From an uncultured bacterium (lineage in GTDB: Bacteria > Fidelibacterota > Marinisomatia > Marinisomatales > TCS56), in the NCBI GenBank assembly GCA_964439935.1, contig CAYTPW010000007.1:33932-97931 (forward strand): a stretch of 64,000 nt of DNA, given 5' to 3'. The position numbers were made by a program, and so were the translations under genes. Under the pieces are notes generated by a model. That model had not been told where the DNA came from. It saw only the letters and a list, made by a program, of their open reading frames with translations, and did not search any database. This document shows, piece after piece, positions 1 to 10,201 of the stretch; the stretch's first letter is position 1, and each line of letters begins with the position of its first letter.

Positions 1-12
1 CATAGTTAACTA

Positions 13-1125
13 TCAGCCATCTCGATTCAGGCTGTTGAATCGGCTGATCTTGCAGCCGGAGGTGGTCAGGTATTCAGGATGAAGATTGGCTGCGAGGCAG
101 GCATGTACCGGCAGAACAATGACAGTACCACCAATCTCAATCCTTTCTAGATGGTCCTGTGGAAGTTGAACGATTCCATGTTCCTGTGACAAACTGATCA
201 CTGGTGCATCATAGACGGGGGCTCCCCACCCATCGGCAGTGCCATCAGCCAGGTAACCGTAAACTTGTTTCCCGTCGCTGCATTTCAGATATTCTTTAGA
301 GAGGTGCACTGCTCCACCGTTAAGCACAATTTCTCCTCTACTGGCATATTTACCAATTACCGGGCAAGCCATCGCCAATGCCAGGTCGGTCGACTGGCAG
401 GCTCCCAGATGAAGTTGCATCAGATCATTAAAAACGAAATTCCCGGGGCGGATTTCATCGACACCACTGAAATCAGTTGCCAGACTGCAACCCGGTGTAT
501 CACCGATTGAGATCCGACAATCGATCGAATTGGCATTCAATTCTCGCTGCAGATCCATCATCCGCTGTACAGCAGTATTATGAATCTGGAGGACTACTTC
601 GGCTGAGGACTGGTGATAGGTATGGCCGGCGTGAGTCAACAGGCCCTGAAAAGAAAGATTGGAACTGTTCTGTATTTTATCTGCCAGTTTCAAGACCGAA
701 TCAGTATTATACCACTGCAATCCGCAGCGATGGTAACCGACGTCAATCTTGATCCAAATTCCGGTGGGTTGGGTCAATTCATGCCCAATTTGAGCTACAA
801 CTGTTTCCGAATCAACCAGCAACTCCAGTTTTACCCGTTCAGTCAGATTGTTGATCCGGTTTATTGCTCGAGGATTTACTGGAATGGCAACTGTGATATC
901 ATTCCAGCCGTCATTGATAAAGTATTCTGCCATATCGAATGATGAAACAGTAATCGCGGTGACTCCCCTTGTACGAAACCAACTGCCGATTTCCTTTGAT
1001 TGATGGGTTTTGAAATGGGGTCGGAAAGTCACTTTACTGACTTTGGCCTTCTCGGACATACCGGCAATATTGGCCTTAACCTGTTGCTCATTTAGTATCA
1101 GTGTTGGTTTAGTCACCACGGTCAT
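13..1125 (-). CDS. DSD1/D-TA family PLP-dependent enzyme (alanine-racemase-fold N-domain, D-serine deaminase / D-threonine aldolase-like)
   Basis: The ORF contains the RPHFKTH PLP-lysine context typical of this family. The N-terminus MTVVTKPTLILNEQQVKANIAGM resembles family N-termini. I prefer the ATG at 1125 over the track's GTG at 1179, which would overlap the upstream ROK gene by 32 nt. Confidence 0.7.
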   Translation of the reverse strand: MTVVTKPTLILNEQQVKANIAGMSEKAKVSKVTFRPHFKTHQSKEIGSWFRTRGVTAITVSSFDMAEYFINDGWNDITVAIPVNPRAINRINNLTERVKLELLVDSETVVAQIGHELTQPTGIWIKIDVGYHRCGLQWYNTDSVLKLADKIQNSSNLSFQGLLTHAGHTYHQSSAEVVLQIHNTAVQRMMDLQRELNANSIDCRISIGDTPGCSLATDFSGVDEIRPGNFVFNDLMQLHLGACQSTDLALAMACPVIGKYASRGEIVLNGGAVHLSKEYLKCSDGKQVYGYLADGTADGWGAPVYDAPVISLSQEHGIVQLPQDHLERIEIGGTVIVLPVHACLAANLHPEYLTTSGCKISRFNSLNRDG

Positions 1126-1147
1126 GGGAGGGAGAATGCTATGCCAG

Positions 1148-1999
1148 TTACTTAGTAGTGAAATGAAGAGCGGCTGCACCTAAAATAGCAATCGAATCAT
1201 TCTCTGATACTGCAATCCGGATTTTTTCTCGTGTGGTAGGGAAAGCAAAGTCATCAATGGCTCGCCACATGGATTTTTCGAAATAAGGAAATGCTTTCCG
1301 GACCGAACCGCCAAGTATGATTATTTCCGGATCAATTGCATACTGGATCGTTTTTATCGCCTGGGCGAAATGGTAGCCAAACGCCTTAAATATGGCAATA
1401 GCCTCAGGATCATTATTGTTTGCCGCTGCTGCCAGTTGTTCGCCAGTATGAGAACCGGTATTCTGAAAAAACTGTCCGCTGCAATAATATTCCAGATATT
1501 TATCACGATAAGGTACCATACCAAATTCACCGGCACCGCCATTGGCTCCTGAATATATTTTGCCGTCAATAATTATACCTGCACCGAGACCGGTTCCAAC
1601 AATCAAACCCACCAGGTTTGAATAGGATTTACCCTGGCCGAAAAATTTTTCACCCAAGGCGAAACAATTGGCATCATTGTTCAAACGAACCGGTAGATTG
1701 AAACGTTTTTGAAGAATATCCTTTAAATGAACTTCCTTCCAGGATGGGATATTCTGAACATCATAAACAATTCCCCGGTCAATGTCCATTATTGATGGAA
1801 AAGCGATCCCGATCCCATTAACAGCCGGAATGTTGACAGTTTCAATTAATTCGAAGATCTGGTCCAGGATATCATCCACCGAATCCTGAGCTTTGATCGA
1901 GACTGTTTCCAGTCGGGTAATTTGTCCATCTTCAACTAAACCAACCCGGGCATTTGTCCCCCCGATATCCATACCGATGATAGGGTAATTTATATTCAT
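1148..1999 (-). CDS. ROK family sugar kinase / glucokinase-like
   Basis: 283 aa. The N-terminal ATP-binding motif is GMDIGGTNARVG. The glycine-rich GTGLGAGII segment and the overall length fit the ROK family. Confidence 0.75.
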   Translation of the reverse strand: MNINYPIIGMDIGGTNARVGLVEDGQITRLETVSIKAQDSVDDILDQIFELIETVNIPAVNGIGIAFPSIMDIDRGIVYDVQNIPSWKEVHLKDILQKRFNLPVRLNNDANCFALGEKFFGQGKSYSNLVGLIVGTGLGAGIIIDGKIYSGANGGAGEFGMVPYRDKYLEYYCSGQFFQNTGSHTGEQLAAAANNNDPEAIAIFKAFGYHFAQAIKTIQYAIDPEIIILGGSVRKAFPYFEKSMWRAIDDFAFPTTREKIRIAVSENDSIAILGAAALHFTTK

Positions 2000-2073
2000 A
2001 GATGATTAATCCAGTTTCTACTTGCTAAAAATTAGTCAACAATTTAGCGCTGCAACACCCTGCGTACTGCAAC

Positions 2074-3051
2074 TTAATTATCCAGGATTTGATCCATGAC
2101 CCAGTTGGTTCGGGCAGCGGTTTCACCGGTACTGGGGCATCTTCCACGGCCATGCAATTGATCGACTATCGTTTGAATCAGTGGTCCCTGAATCGTTGCC
2201 GGATTAGATAACTCCAATAATTCAGTTCGCGAATTACTGGTAAGAGAGACTGGATCATTGCCAAAGGTAGCGAAGCTTATCGTACCGCTTGAGCCAACCA
2301 GAATAGTCTGATCAAATTTAGTACCGGCGTTGAAATTCCAGATGCCAGTGCCATGAACTCCGGTTATAAAATAATATGAGCTATTGACCAAATCAGCGAC
2401 GGTGTAAAGCCCGGCCTGGTTGATGCAGCGACCGCTGGCCTCAGTAATTTGCCCTAAGAAAAACTGAAGTATATCTATTGTATGGGGTGCCAGGTCTTCA
2501 AAATAACCACCCGGTGCGTGTTCCGGATTCAGGCGCCAGGTAACCGGTTTCAAGCTATCTTCTGCTTTTGGTGGTCGATTGTAAATAGTGTTCACACTGC
2601 GGATTGTACCAATCCGGCCATCATCCAGAAGTTGTTTTATTTTAAGAAAACGGGGTAGAGCACGACGATAATAAGCTATAAATAGTGGAAGTTTATGCTT
2701 TTTATAAGCAGCATTTATTTCCATGCATTCGGCATAATTCATACCCATTGGTTTCTCAATATAAGCTGGTTTTCCGGCATCGGCCACCGCCAGAGCATAT
2801 TCCCGGTGATAGCGGGGTGGAGTGGCAATATAGATTGCGTCAATCCCTGTGTCATTTATCAGGTTTCCGGCATTTTCATACCATTTATCAACACCATGCC
2901 GGTTGGCAAAATCCGCCGCAAGATCGCCATTCCGGCGCATTACCGCTACCAGCTTTGAACCGCAAGCCTGTTGAAACGCAGGTCCGCTTTTAACCTCGCA
3001 GACATCCCCGCAACCGATTATTCCCCAACGGATGACTTTAGAAGAAGTCAT
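2074..3051 (-). CDS. Gfo/Idh/MocA family oxidoreductase
   Basis: 325 aa. The N-terminal Rossmann motif is IRWGIIGCGDV, followed by the EKP motif (YIEKPM) typical of the family. Confidence 0.75.
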   Translation of the reverse strand: MTSSKVIRWGIIGCGDVCEVKSGPAFQQACGSKLVAVMRRNGDLAADFANRHGVDKWYENAGNLINDTGIDAIYIATPPRYHREYALAVADAGKPAYIEKPMGMNYAECMEINAAYKKHKLPLFIAYYRRALPRFLKIKQLLDDGRIGTIRSVNTIYNRPPKAEDSLKPVTWRLNPEHAPGGYFEDLAPHTIDILQFFLGQITEASGRCINQAGLYTVADLVNSSYYFITGVHGTGIWNFNAGTKFDQTILVGSSGTISFATFGNDPVSLTSNSRTELLELSNPATIQGPLIQTIVDQLHGRGRCPSTGETAARTNWVMDQILDN

Positions 3052-3142
3052 TTCTTAATTCCAAAAATTAACCTGAAGTCACTTTTAAAAAGCACAGCTT
3101 CGATTATATTGAGGAAATTTTGCGAGGATAATTTCATTATCA

Positions 3143-4573
3143 TCAACCTTTAATTACAATCAGTGGTACCAGTCGAGCAACTTTTTTCGATAATCCGGCT
3201 TTATCGGTAGCTTCCACTACAGCAGTAACATCCTTGTAAGCACCGGGTGCTTCCTCTGCAACTCCCCGATAAGTAGCGGAACGAATTTCAATTCCAGAAC
3301 GGGCCAGTGCCTGAATGACCTGCTTACCGCGCCAGAGTTTTTTCGCTTTCATCCGGCTCATTGTCCGGCCGGCGCCATGGCAGGCGGATGAAAAAGCTTC
3401 GTATTTGCTGGAATCAGTACCGGCAAGAATATAAGAAGCGGTTCCCATCGTACCGCCAATCAGTACTGGCTGACCAAACGGACGCAGATCATTGGGCAGG
3501 TCAGGGTGGCCGGGACTAAACGCCCGGGTTGCTCCTTTTCGGTGGACATAGACTGTTTTTCCTTTTCCATCGATCGTGTGCTGTTCTTTTTTACAGGTAT
3601 TATGGGAAACATCATATAGCAGTTTTAATTCAGCTTTTGGTAATACCCGATCAAAGATTTGCCTGACCAGCTGGGTGAGAATCTGACGATTGGCCATTGC
3701 ACAATTAATGCCCCCATTCATGGCACCGAAATATTCCCGACCCAGTTTTGATTCTATCGGTGCGCAGGCCAGCTCCCGATCCGGTAACTTAATTCCGTAA
3801 CGGGGTGCTTCACTGACCATTCGCTTCAGAAATTCAGTACCAATTTGATGCCCTAATCCCCTTGATCCACAGTGAATGCTGATTTTTATATCACCAACCT
3901 TTATTCCGAAACCGGTCGCTAAAGTGGCGTCATAAATATCCGTCACCTGCTGGATCTCCAAATAATGGTTGCCTGATCCCAGTGTTCCCATTTGATTCTG
4001 CTGGCGCTTTTTGGCATGATTGGAAATGCTGGCTGGATCGGCTCCTGTCATCTGGCCGTTTTCTTCGATTCTTCCCAGATCAGCATGGGATCCGTAATTT
4101 TGTTCCACTGCCCAACGAGCACCACCGGACAGCATTGCATTCATCTGTTTGTCGTCCAGATGAATTTTCCCCTCGCTGCCAACCCCAGCAGGAATATCCC
4201 GGGCTAGTTGATCAGCTAATTCTTTTTTTATAGGATGGATGTCTTCAATAGTCAGACCAGTATGCATTGTGCGGACACCACAGGCGATATCAAAACCGAC
4301 ACCACCAGCTGAGATCACACCGTTAGCCAGGGGATCGAATGCAGCAACACCTCCGATCGGGAATCCGTAGCCCCAATGGGCATCCGGCATGGCATAAGCA
4401 GCTGTTTGAATACCCGGCAGTTTAGTAACATTGACCAGTTGCTGATAAACTTTATCGTCCATCGCCCGGATCAAACGGTCATCACTATAAATTATTCCAG
4501 TATTTATCTGGCCGGGCTTCGGCTTTAACTGCCATTTATAATCATTGAGCCGGTCCAGCTGTTTCAAGTTCAT
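3143..4573 (-). CDS. rtcB: RNA-splicing ligase RtcB
   Basis: 476 aa with full-length RtcB-like organisation. Motifs include GSRGLGHQ, SGNHYLE and the nucleophile-histidine motif SACHGAGR. Confidence 0.9.
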   Translation of the reverse strand: MNLKQLDRLNDYKWQLKPKPGQINTGIIYSDDRLIRAMDDKVYQQLVNVTKLPGIQTAAYAMPDAHWGYGFPIGGVAAFDPLANGVISAGGVGFDIACGVRTMHTGLTIEDIHPIKKELADQLARDIPAGVGSEGKIHLDDKQMNAMLSGGARWAVEQNYGSHADLGRIEENGQMTGADPASISNHAKKRQQNQMGTLGSGNHYLEIQQVTDIYDATLATGFGIKVGDIKISIHCGSRGLGHQIGTEFLKRMVSEAPRYGIKLPDRELACAPIESKLGREYFGAMNGGINCAMANRQILTQLVRQIFDRVLPKAELKLLYDVSHNTCKKEQHTIDGKGKTVYVHRKGATRAFSPGHPDLPNDLRPFGQPVLIGGTMGTASYILAGTDSSKYEAFSSACHGAGRTMSRMKAKKLWRGKQVIQALARSGIEIRSATYRGVAEEAPGAYKDVTAVVEATDKAGLSKKVARLVPLIVIKG

Positions 4574-4625
4574 AGCTAGAAATATAATCAGGAAATCGGC
4601 TGTGTGAAATAAGAATCAGCTTTTG

Positions 4626-5075
4626 CTATACATCGACAACACATTGAGCCACCCAGGATTGTGGATCCTGGGAACTGACTTTCAATTCAGTATATGTGGC
4701 AGCTTTTACCTCGACCACTGGCTGATGAACTGTCCGATTTAGCGGCTCGCCCCAGATAATTCCTGATAAACTGGTGCCGGTTATTTCAACTTTGAAGCTG
4801 CCGAATAAATAATTATCGGTTGCCATGTGATAGATCAGTTCGTTTAGCCAGTCCACCAGCAATGCTTCCAGATCATCAGCTTCACAGTATATTTTGTATT
4901 CCTTTTCAGGTCTGATCACGCTGGTGCTGATTACCGCTGTCAAGGCTTTGGCAGCTTGTTCAAAGGCGGCATCAAGAGTTGGACCGAAACCCCGTACACC
5001 AATATCCGCCTGGTGGTGAAAATGTTCCCAACCAACTGGATCAGCGGATATCAAACTACTTTGCCAACGATCCAA
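4626..5075 (-). CDS. archease (RtcB activator family)
   Basis: 149 aa. The N-terminal HQADIGVRGFG matches the archease H-x-AD-x-G motif, and a C-terminal VKAATY motif is present. It lies 52 nt upstream of rtcB on the same strand. The start is uncertain: the ATG at 5075 overlaps the upstream SDR by 25 nt, and an alternative TTG sits at 5054. Confidence 0.75.
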   Translation of the reverse strand: MDRWQSSLISADPVGWEHFHHQADIGVRGFGPTLDAAFEQAAKALTAVISTSVIRPEKEYKIYCEADDLEALLVDWLNELIYHMATDNYLFGSFKVEITGTSLSGIIWGEPLNRTVHQPVVEVKAATYTELKVSSQDPQSWVAQCVVDV

Positions 5076-5788
5076 TCTGGGATTATCTTAATCAGTGGGA
5101 CCAGAATGCGCCACTGCCAGGGAAACAGGTAGTTTTTCTTTCCTGCAGTAATCGCCTGTGCGATTTTAATTACGGCTGGTTCAACATCCATTAGAAAAGG
5201 CATGATCGTTTTGCGAGTGGAGGTCATTGGTGTACGTATGAACCCGGGATAGATAGTAGTAACCTTGACATTGTGAGGAGACAGCGAAAACCGCCAACCA
5301 TTGGCCATTATGCGTACGGCGGCTTTTGAGGCTGAATACCCGCCGCGTCGGGGTAATGCACGAACGCCGGCGATTGAGCTGAGCAAGACCACTTGACCAT
5401 GTTTTTGTTCGATAAATTGGTTCACAAAGGGAAATACTGTATTGGTAATACCCAGCAGATTGATCTGTAATATTTCATTGATGCGGGTTGGGTCACCGGA
5501 TTCCAGATGATCGTCCCCGCTTTTTCCAGCATTGGCGATCAACAGGTCAATACCGGAATTATTGGCAATGAAATCATCAGCGGCGTTTTGGCAAGCTTGC
5601 TGATCAGTGACATCGAGCTCGTAAATGCATACATCACTACCAAGTTGCCGACATTTATCCGCCACTATTTCCAAGCGTTCCTTCCGACGGGCAGCCAATC
5701 CAAGGCAGGCTTTCCCGCGTGCATAATGATAAGCCAGGTTTTCGCCAATCCCACTGCTGGCACCGGTGATGAATATCCTCTGGGGCAT
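5051..5788 (-). CDS. SDR family oxidoreductase
   Basis: 245 aa. It carries the TGASSGIG cofactor motif, NAG, and the catalytic YSASK (Y-x3-K). Confidence 0.8.
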   Translation of the reverse strand: MPQRIFITGASSGIGENLAYHYARGKACLGLAARRKERLEIVADKCRQLGSDVCIYELDVTDQQACQNAADDFIANNSGIDLLIANAGKSGDDHLESGDPTRINEILQINLLGITNTVFPFVNQFIEQKHGQVVLLSSIAGVRALPRRGGYSASKAAVRIMANGWRFSLSPHNVKVTTIYPGFIRTPMTSTRKTIMPFLMDVEPAVIKIAQAITAGKKNYLFPWQWRILVPLIKIIPDWIVGKVV

Positions 5789-6579
5789 TAGAGCAATCCT
5801 TTCACGGCACCGCCATCATGCACTATCGATTGACCGGTAATAAAACCAGCTTGATTGGAACTGATGAATGCTGCCAGGGCACCCAGTTCCTCCGGCATTC
5901 CCAGACGACCGAGTGGTGTATCCGTACCTAGTTTTTCCCAGGCCTCCTCCATCGTACAGCCATCATCTTCCATAATGTCATTGACTAGATGCTCTAGTCG
6001 ATTGGTGCGATGGGGACCGGGAAGCAGGCAATTGACTGTTATCCCATGTGAAGCCAGATCATTAGCGATTGTTTTAGCGTAGGCCGTCAATGCCGAGCGC
6101 GCAGCATTAGATAAAATCAGACTGTCGATCGGCTGTTTAACCGCCATAGATGTGATGAATATTAGCCGTCCCCAGCCATTGGCTTTCATTGCTTCCACTA
6201 CTTGGCTCACCGATGAAACAGCTGAATGAAAATTGGTCTGAAAAGCCTGATTCCAGTCGTCTTTAGTAAATTCATTGAACTGGCCACGAGGTGGACCTCC
6301 GGCATTGCAAACCAATATATCGGGATCGCCGAATTCTTTGCGGCACTGGCGGAACAAGGTCTGGAGTTGCAGATGTTTGGAAACATCGCATTGCACGGGG
6401 AGAACCGGATTTCCGGTGGTTGCATTGATTTGTGTAGCGGCATTATTCAACTCGCTGGCAGTACGCGCACAGATGACAACTTTGGCGCCCTCTGCACTTA
6501 AAGCCAATGCCACACTGTAACCTAATCCCTTGGAAGCTGCTTGAACAACAGCGATTTTATCTTTAAGTCCCAGATTCAT
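5788..6579 (-). CDS. SDR family oxidoreductase (FabG-like)
   Basis: 263 aa with a Rossmann N-terminus (VVQAASKGLG) plus CNAGG and PGP motifs. Its stop overlaps the next SDR start by 1 nt (TAATG). Confidence 0.75.
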   Translation of the reverse strand: MNLGLKDKIAVVQAASKGLGYSVALALSAEGAKVVICARTASELNNAATQINATTGNPVLPVQCDVSKHLQLQTLFRQCRKEFGDPDILVCNAGGPPRGQFNEFTKDDWNQAFQTNFHSAVSSVSQVVEAMKANGWGRLIFITSMAVKQPIDSLILSNAARSALTAYAKTIANDLASHGITVNCLLPGPHRTNRLEHLVNDIMEDDGCTMEEAWEKLGTDTPLGRLGMPEELGALAAFISSNQAGFITGQSIVHDGGAVKGLL

Positions 6580-6806
6580 AAATCCTCACAATAGATTTAC
6601 CGGTTTTAGGATAATTACCTATAGCTAAGATAAGCGCAAATTAACATTTAAGAAAACATGTTGGAGAATATTTCTTAATTGATACTGAATATTGTTATTA
6701 GGAAATTGAATAGCTAAATTATATTTTATAGTTAGGTATTACTCATTTGGATATTATTTTAATTTTGAGTCTTCAAAATCAAACTGTTTATTGAAAGGGG
6801 TAAGTT

Positions 6807-8063
6807 ATGCGCATCAAGACATATGTAATATTGCTAATTGGTTTGTTGGCCTTGTCTTGCCAGGATGTAATCACCGTACATATCGAAAAAGATCCCGGAA
6901 CACTGGTTGGCTATGTTTTACCTGCAGACATAAATGCTGTTGTCGAACTACATCAGGGCAAGCTGGTTGTTGAAACTGATGTTGATACAGATGGATATTT
7001 TATATTCGCTGATCTGGATCCTGGTAGGTATCGTTTATTCTGCATTGCGGTCGGATATACTCAATATGAAAGAAGTGTTACTATATCCGATGGAGAGGTC
7101 TACGATACAGGTGAAATCAATCTTATTAATATGCCATACCCGCTTTATTATATATCACCGGCAGATGGTGCTGTAAACGTTGTAAATAGCTATCATAGTT
7201 TAGTAATAAAATTACAATTCAGAGAAAGCATGATTTTTTCCAGTATAAATTCGGCAGTATCGATATATCCAGATGTAGTTGATTTCGAGATCAGAGATCG
7301 CTATTCATCCGGTAGATATAAAGATCAATATCCCAACGGTAGATATTTTGAATGTAGTGGAGTTTTTCTTTTCGCTACACAGTATACGGTCACAATCGAT
7401 TCCTCCGCTTCAACTATTGACGGTGAACGAATTGACAATGAGTTTCATTTTTCATTTACCACAGAAGAGTTTCAAGTAGGATTTAATTTTTATCCCTATA
7501 CTTATTACGGTGATAATTACATCCGACTGTATTTTAATACCCAAATTAATCCAATTTCAGTCTTGGATTATCTGGTCATTAATCCGGAAATACCATATAA
7601 ATTAGATAATTATTATTTAATAGATAATTACATCAGAATAACCCCACAAATTTCGTGGATTCCCGACACAACAATCACGTTTACAATTAAGCAAGGTTTG
7701 CCTGATATCTTTAGTGATACACTGGCATATGATACCACATTCTCGATTACAACACCACCACTGGCCATCCGCGCGACAGACCCTTATCCAGGAATGAACT
7801 TTGTCCCAGTTGAAAGCTATGTAATTATTAAAATGAATAATGTCCTTGATGAGATTACGATCGAGTCGGCCATTGCGATCTCACCGGAAACAGAATTCAC
7901 GCTATCTACGGATCGCTATGAAGGCACCACCGAATTCATAATTGCTCCCGATTCACTACTAATCGGAGAAACGACCTATACAGTTATTCTTAACACCAGT
8001 TTACGTGATTATTACGGCGGTCGGTTGAAAGAACCCTACACATTGTCCTTCACTACTGAATAG
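6807..8063 (+). CDS. secreted lipoprotein with carboxypeptidase-regulatory-like and Ig-like beta-sandwich domains
   Basis: It has a lipoprotein signal peptide (LLALSC) and an RBS (AAAGGGG) upstream. The segment DGYFIFADLDPGRYRLF is typical of the CarboxypepD_reg fold. The rest is repetitive and beta-rich. No catalytic motif is seen. Confidence 0.5.
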   Translation: MRIKTYVILLIGLLALSCQDVITVHIEKDPGTLVGYVLPADINAVVELHQGKLVVETDVDTDGYFIFADLDPGRYRLFCIAVGYTQYERSVTISDGEVYDTGEINLINMPYPLYYISPADGAVNVVNSYHSLVIKLQFRESMIFSSINSAVSIYPDVVDFEIRDRYSSGRYKDQYPNGRYFECSGVFLFATQYTVTIDSSASTIDGERIDNEFHFSFTTEEFQVGFNFYPYTYYGDNYIRLYFNTQINPISVLDYLVINPEIPYKLDNYYLIDNYIRITPQISWIPDTTITFTIKQGLPDIFSDTLAYDTTFSITTPPLAIRATDPYPGMNFVPVESYVIIKMNNVLDEITIESAIAISPETEFTLSTDRYEGTTEFIIAPDSLLIGETTYTVILNTSLRDYYGGRLKEPYTLSFTTE

Positions 8064-8584
8064 GGGCGTGATTCTTATAGCTAACAGAGCAAATATTCCT
8101 GATTAATCATACCTGTTCAAATTCTCTATAAACTAGGATTGAAGCGGGGTCCCTACCGGTACATAACCGTCTCAAAATTTTTCTATCTTTCTATTTTAAA
8201 CTGGCAATGGAATGTCATGACAAATCCCTTCATTTCATCAAAATAATTTTAGATTGATTAATATATTTAAAATCATCGTCTTGGGTATCCTTCGACATCG
8301 CGCAGGACTGGTTTGTGTTTCACCTGTCATTGGTGAATTCAACGGCTATGTTGAAACCTATTTCATCTCCTTTGTCATTGGGGAGATTTTATGAGGGGTT
8401 TAATAATGACCTTTTAATACAAACATATTATTTATGCTAGGGTAATAATTGAATTCGGACTTGGAAAAATTAATTCCATCATAAAATTCTGTGCTATTTT
8501 CAGATTTGGAGTTGCATATTACTGTTGCGACATTTAAGTCTGGTAACTACTTTGATACAATCATTTAGCCAGGGAGATAGAAAA

Positions 8585-10201
8585 ATGAAAAAGGGCGTAA
8601 TAGCATTTAGGATTGTATTTGTTGTGCTATTTGTAATGTCTTACACGGTCAGGATTTCGGCCATGACCGGTGATATTCTTAAATCATTTGCTGCTCCATC
8701 TGCTTGTCCAACTGGCTTAGCCTGGAATAATGGATTGCTCTGGATGGCTGACTTGAAAACGGATACGATTTACGCAATCAGTGCTGATGATGGTAGCGTG
8801 ATCCATAGCCTAGCCGCACCGACTTTCCGTCCTCTGGGTCTGGCTTTCGATGGTGAAGGATTGTGGGTTGTCTGTGGTGAGGAAGAACTTATTTATCGGA
8901 TACTGCCCGAAACCGGATTAGTAACCAACACTTTCGAATCTCCGGTGAGCAAGCCGACCGGACTTGCCTGGGATGGTAAGTATCTCTGGGTGGCCAGCCG
9001 TTCCGCGGATGAAATTCACCAGATCAGCCCTAAGGATGGAACGACAATTTCATCTTTTCCTGCACCGGCCGGATATCCGCAGGGATTAGCGTTCGATGGC
9101 AAGTACCTCTGGGTGGCCGACCGGATTACCAACCGGATATATATGGTCAATCCCAGAGGCGGCGAAGTTATCCTGTTATTCGACGCACCGGCACCCTACG
9201 CGGATGGACTGGCCTGGGATGGACAACAGCTATGGAATGTTGATTTCCAGTCTGATTCACTCTATTGCATCGTGATTGGTGGTGATGGTCTTTTCCATCG
9301 CCAGGAGGAAAAGATTCAACAGGTGGAATTTACCCATGAGGTACGCAATTACGGTCCGGGAACGATGAAAAGCCTGGATATCTACCTCGCAATTCCGCAT
9401 TCGCTCCCGAATCAGGATATAATCGACGAACCGGTCTTCAGCTCAGAACCGACGGATTTTCTGATTGATCAGTGGGGACAAAAAGTAGCTCATTACCATT
9501 TCTCTGGAAAAGAAGCCGGCTCCGTATCAAGTGTCAGTATGACTGTTCAGGCCAAGATGTACGATACACGTTGGTTCATCTTCCCTGAAAAATGTGGTAA
9601 TCTGAAGCAAATACCAAAAACTATCCGATCTGAGTATCTGGTTAATGATGAGAAATTCGATATGGAAAATCCTGTTATTAAAAAAGCCATTGAGGCCTGT
9701 GTTGGTGATGAGCAGAATCCCTATTGGATAATGCGGAATATATTCAGTCATATTATTGACAACATGTATTATGAATTGGCGGGTGGTTGGAATATCGCAC
9801 CAGCCGTACTGGAGCGGGGCAATGGTTCGTGCTCGGAATATACTTTTGTATTTATTTCCATGTGTCGGGCGGCAGGAATTCCGGCCCGTTATGCCGGATC
9901 GATAGCCATTCGCGGTGACGACGCCAGCCTGGATGATGTTTTCCATCGTTGGGCGGAAGTCTACCTGCCTGGTTATGGCTGGATACCTGTTGATCCATCA
10001 CGGGGAGATAAACCTACCCCGGAAGAACAATCTGACGCAATTGGACATCTTAGTAACAGTTGTCTGATTACAACAATTGGCGGGGGTGGATCGGATTATC
10101 TGGATTGGACCTATAATTCCGCTGAACAATGGACTACGATGGGAAAATGTAAAATTTATACTGAACATATCGGTGAATGGAATCCAATAACATCTGATTG
10201 A
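8585..10201 (+). CDS. secreted beta-propeller / transglutaminase-like cysteine protease fusion protein
   Basis: The ATG at 8585 has a GGGAGA RBS, whereas the track start at 8525 is TTG. A signal peptide is present. Five about-45-aa repeats have the form P-x-GLA(W/F)DG-x-x-LWV. The C-terminal transglutaminase core shows Cys (GNGSCSEY), His (FHRWAEVY) and Asp (WIPVDPS). Confidence 0.7.
   Translation: MKKGVIAFRIVFVVLFVMSYTVRISAMTGDILKSFAAPSACPTGLAWNNGLLWMADLKTDTIYAISADDGSVIHSLAAPTFRPLGLAFDGEGLWVVCGEEELIYRILPETGLVTNTFESPVSKPTGLAWDGKYLWVASRSADEIHQISPKDGTTISSFPAPAGYPQGLAFDGKYLWVADRITNRIYMVNPRGGEVILLFDAPAPYADGLAWDGQQLWNVDFQSDSLYCIVIGGDGLFHRQEEKIQQVEFTHEVRNYGPGTMKSLDIYLAIPHSLPNQDIIDEPVFSSEPTDFLIDQWGQKVAHYHFSGKEAGSVSSVSMTVQAKMYDTRWFIFPEKCGNLKQIPKTIRSEYLVNDEKFDMENPVIKKAIEACVGDEQNPYWIMRNIFSHIIDNMYYELAGGWNIAPAVLERGNGSCSEYTFVFISMCRAAGIPARYAGSIAIRGDDASLDDVFHRWAEVYLPGYGWIPVDPSRGDKPTPEEQSDAIGHLSNSCLITTIGGGGSDYLDWTYNSAEQWTTMGKCKIYTEHIGEWNPITSD

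Noticed and set aside
265-942. Plus-strand ORFs of 81-109 aa inside the DSD1-type gene. Similar antisense or out-of-frame ORFs occur throughout the track, for example 9527-9946, 34544-34945, 53689-54090, 57827-58249 and 59447-59995.
   Set aside because: They lie wholly inside longer ORFs that have clear family motifs. They lack an RBS and have odd composition. I treat them as shadow ORFs.
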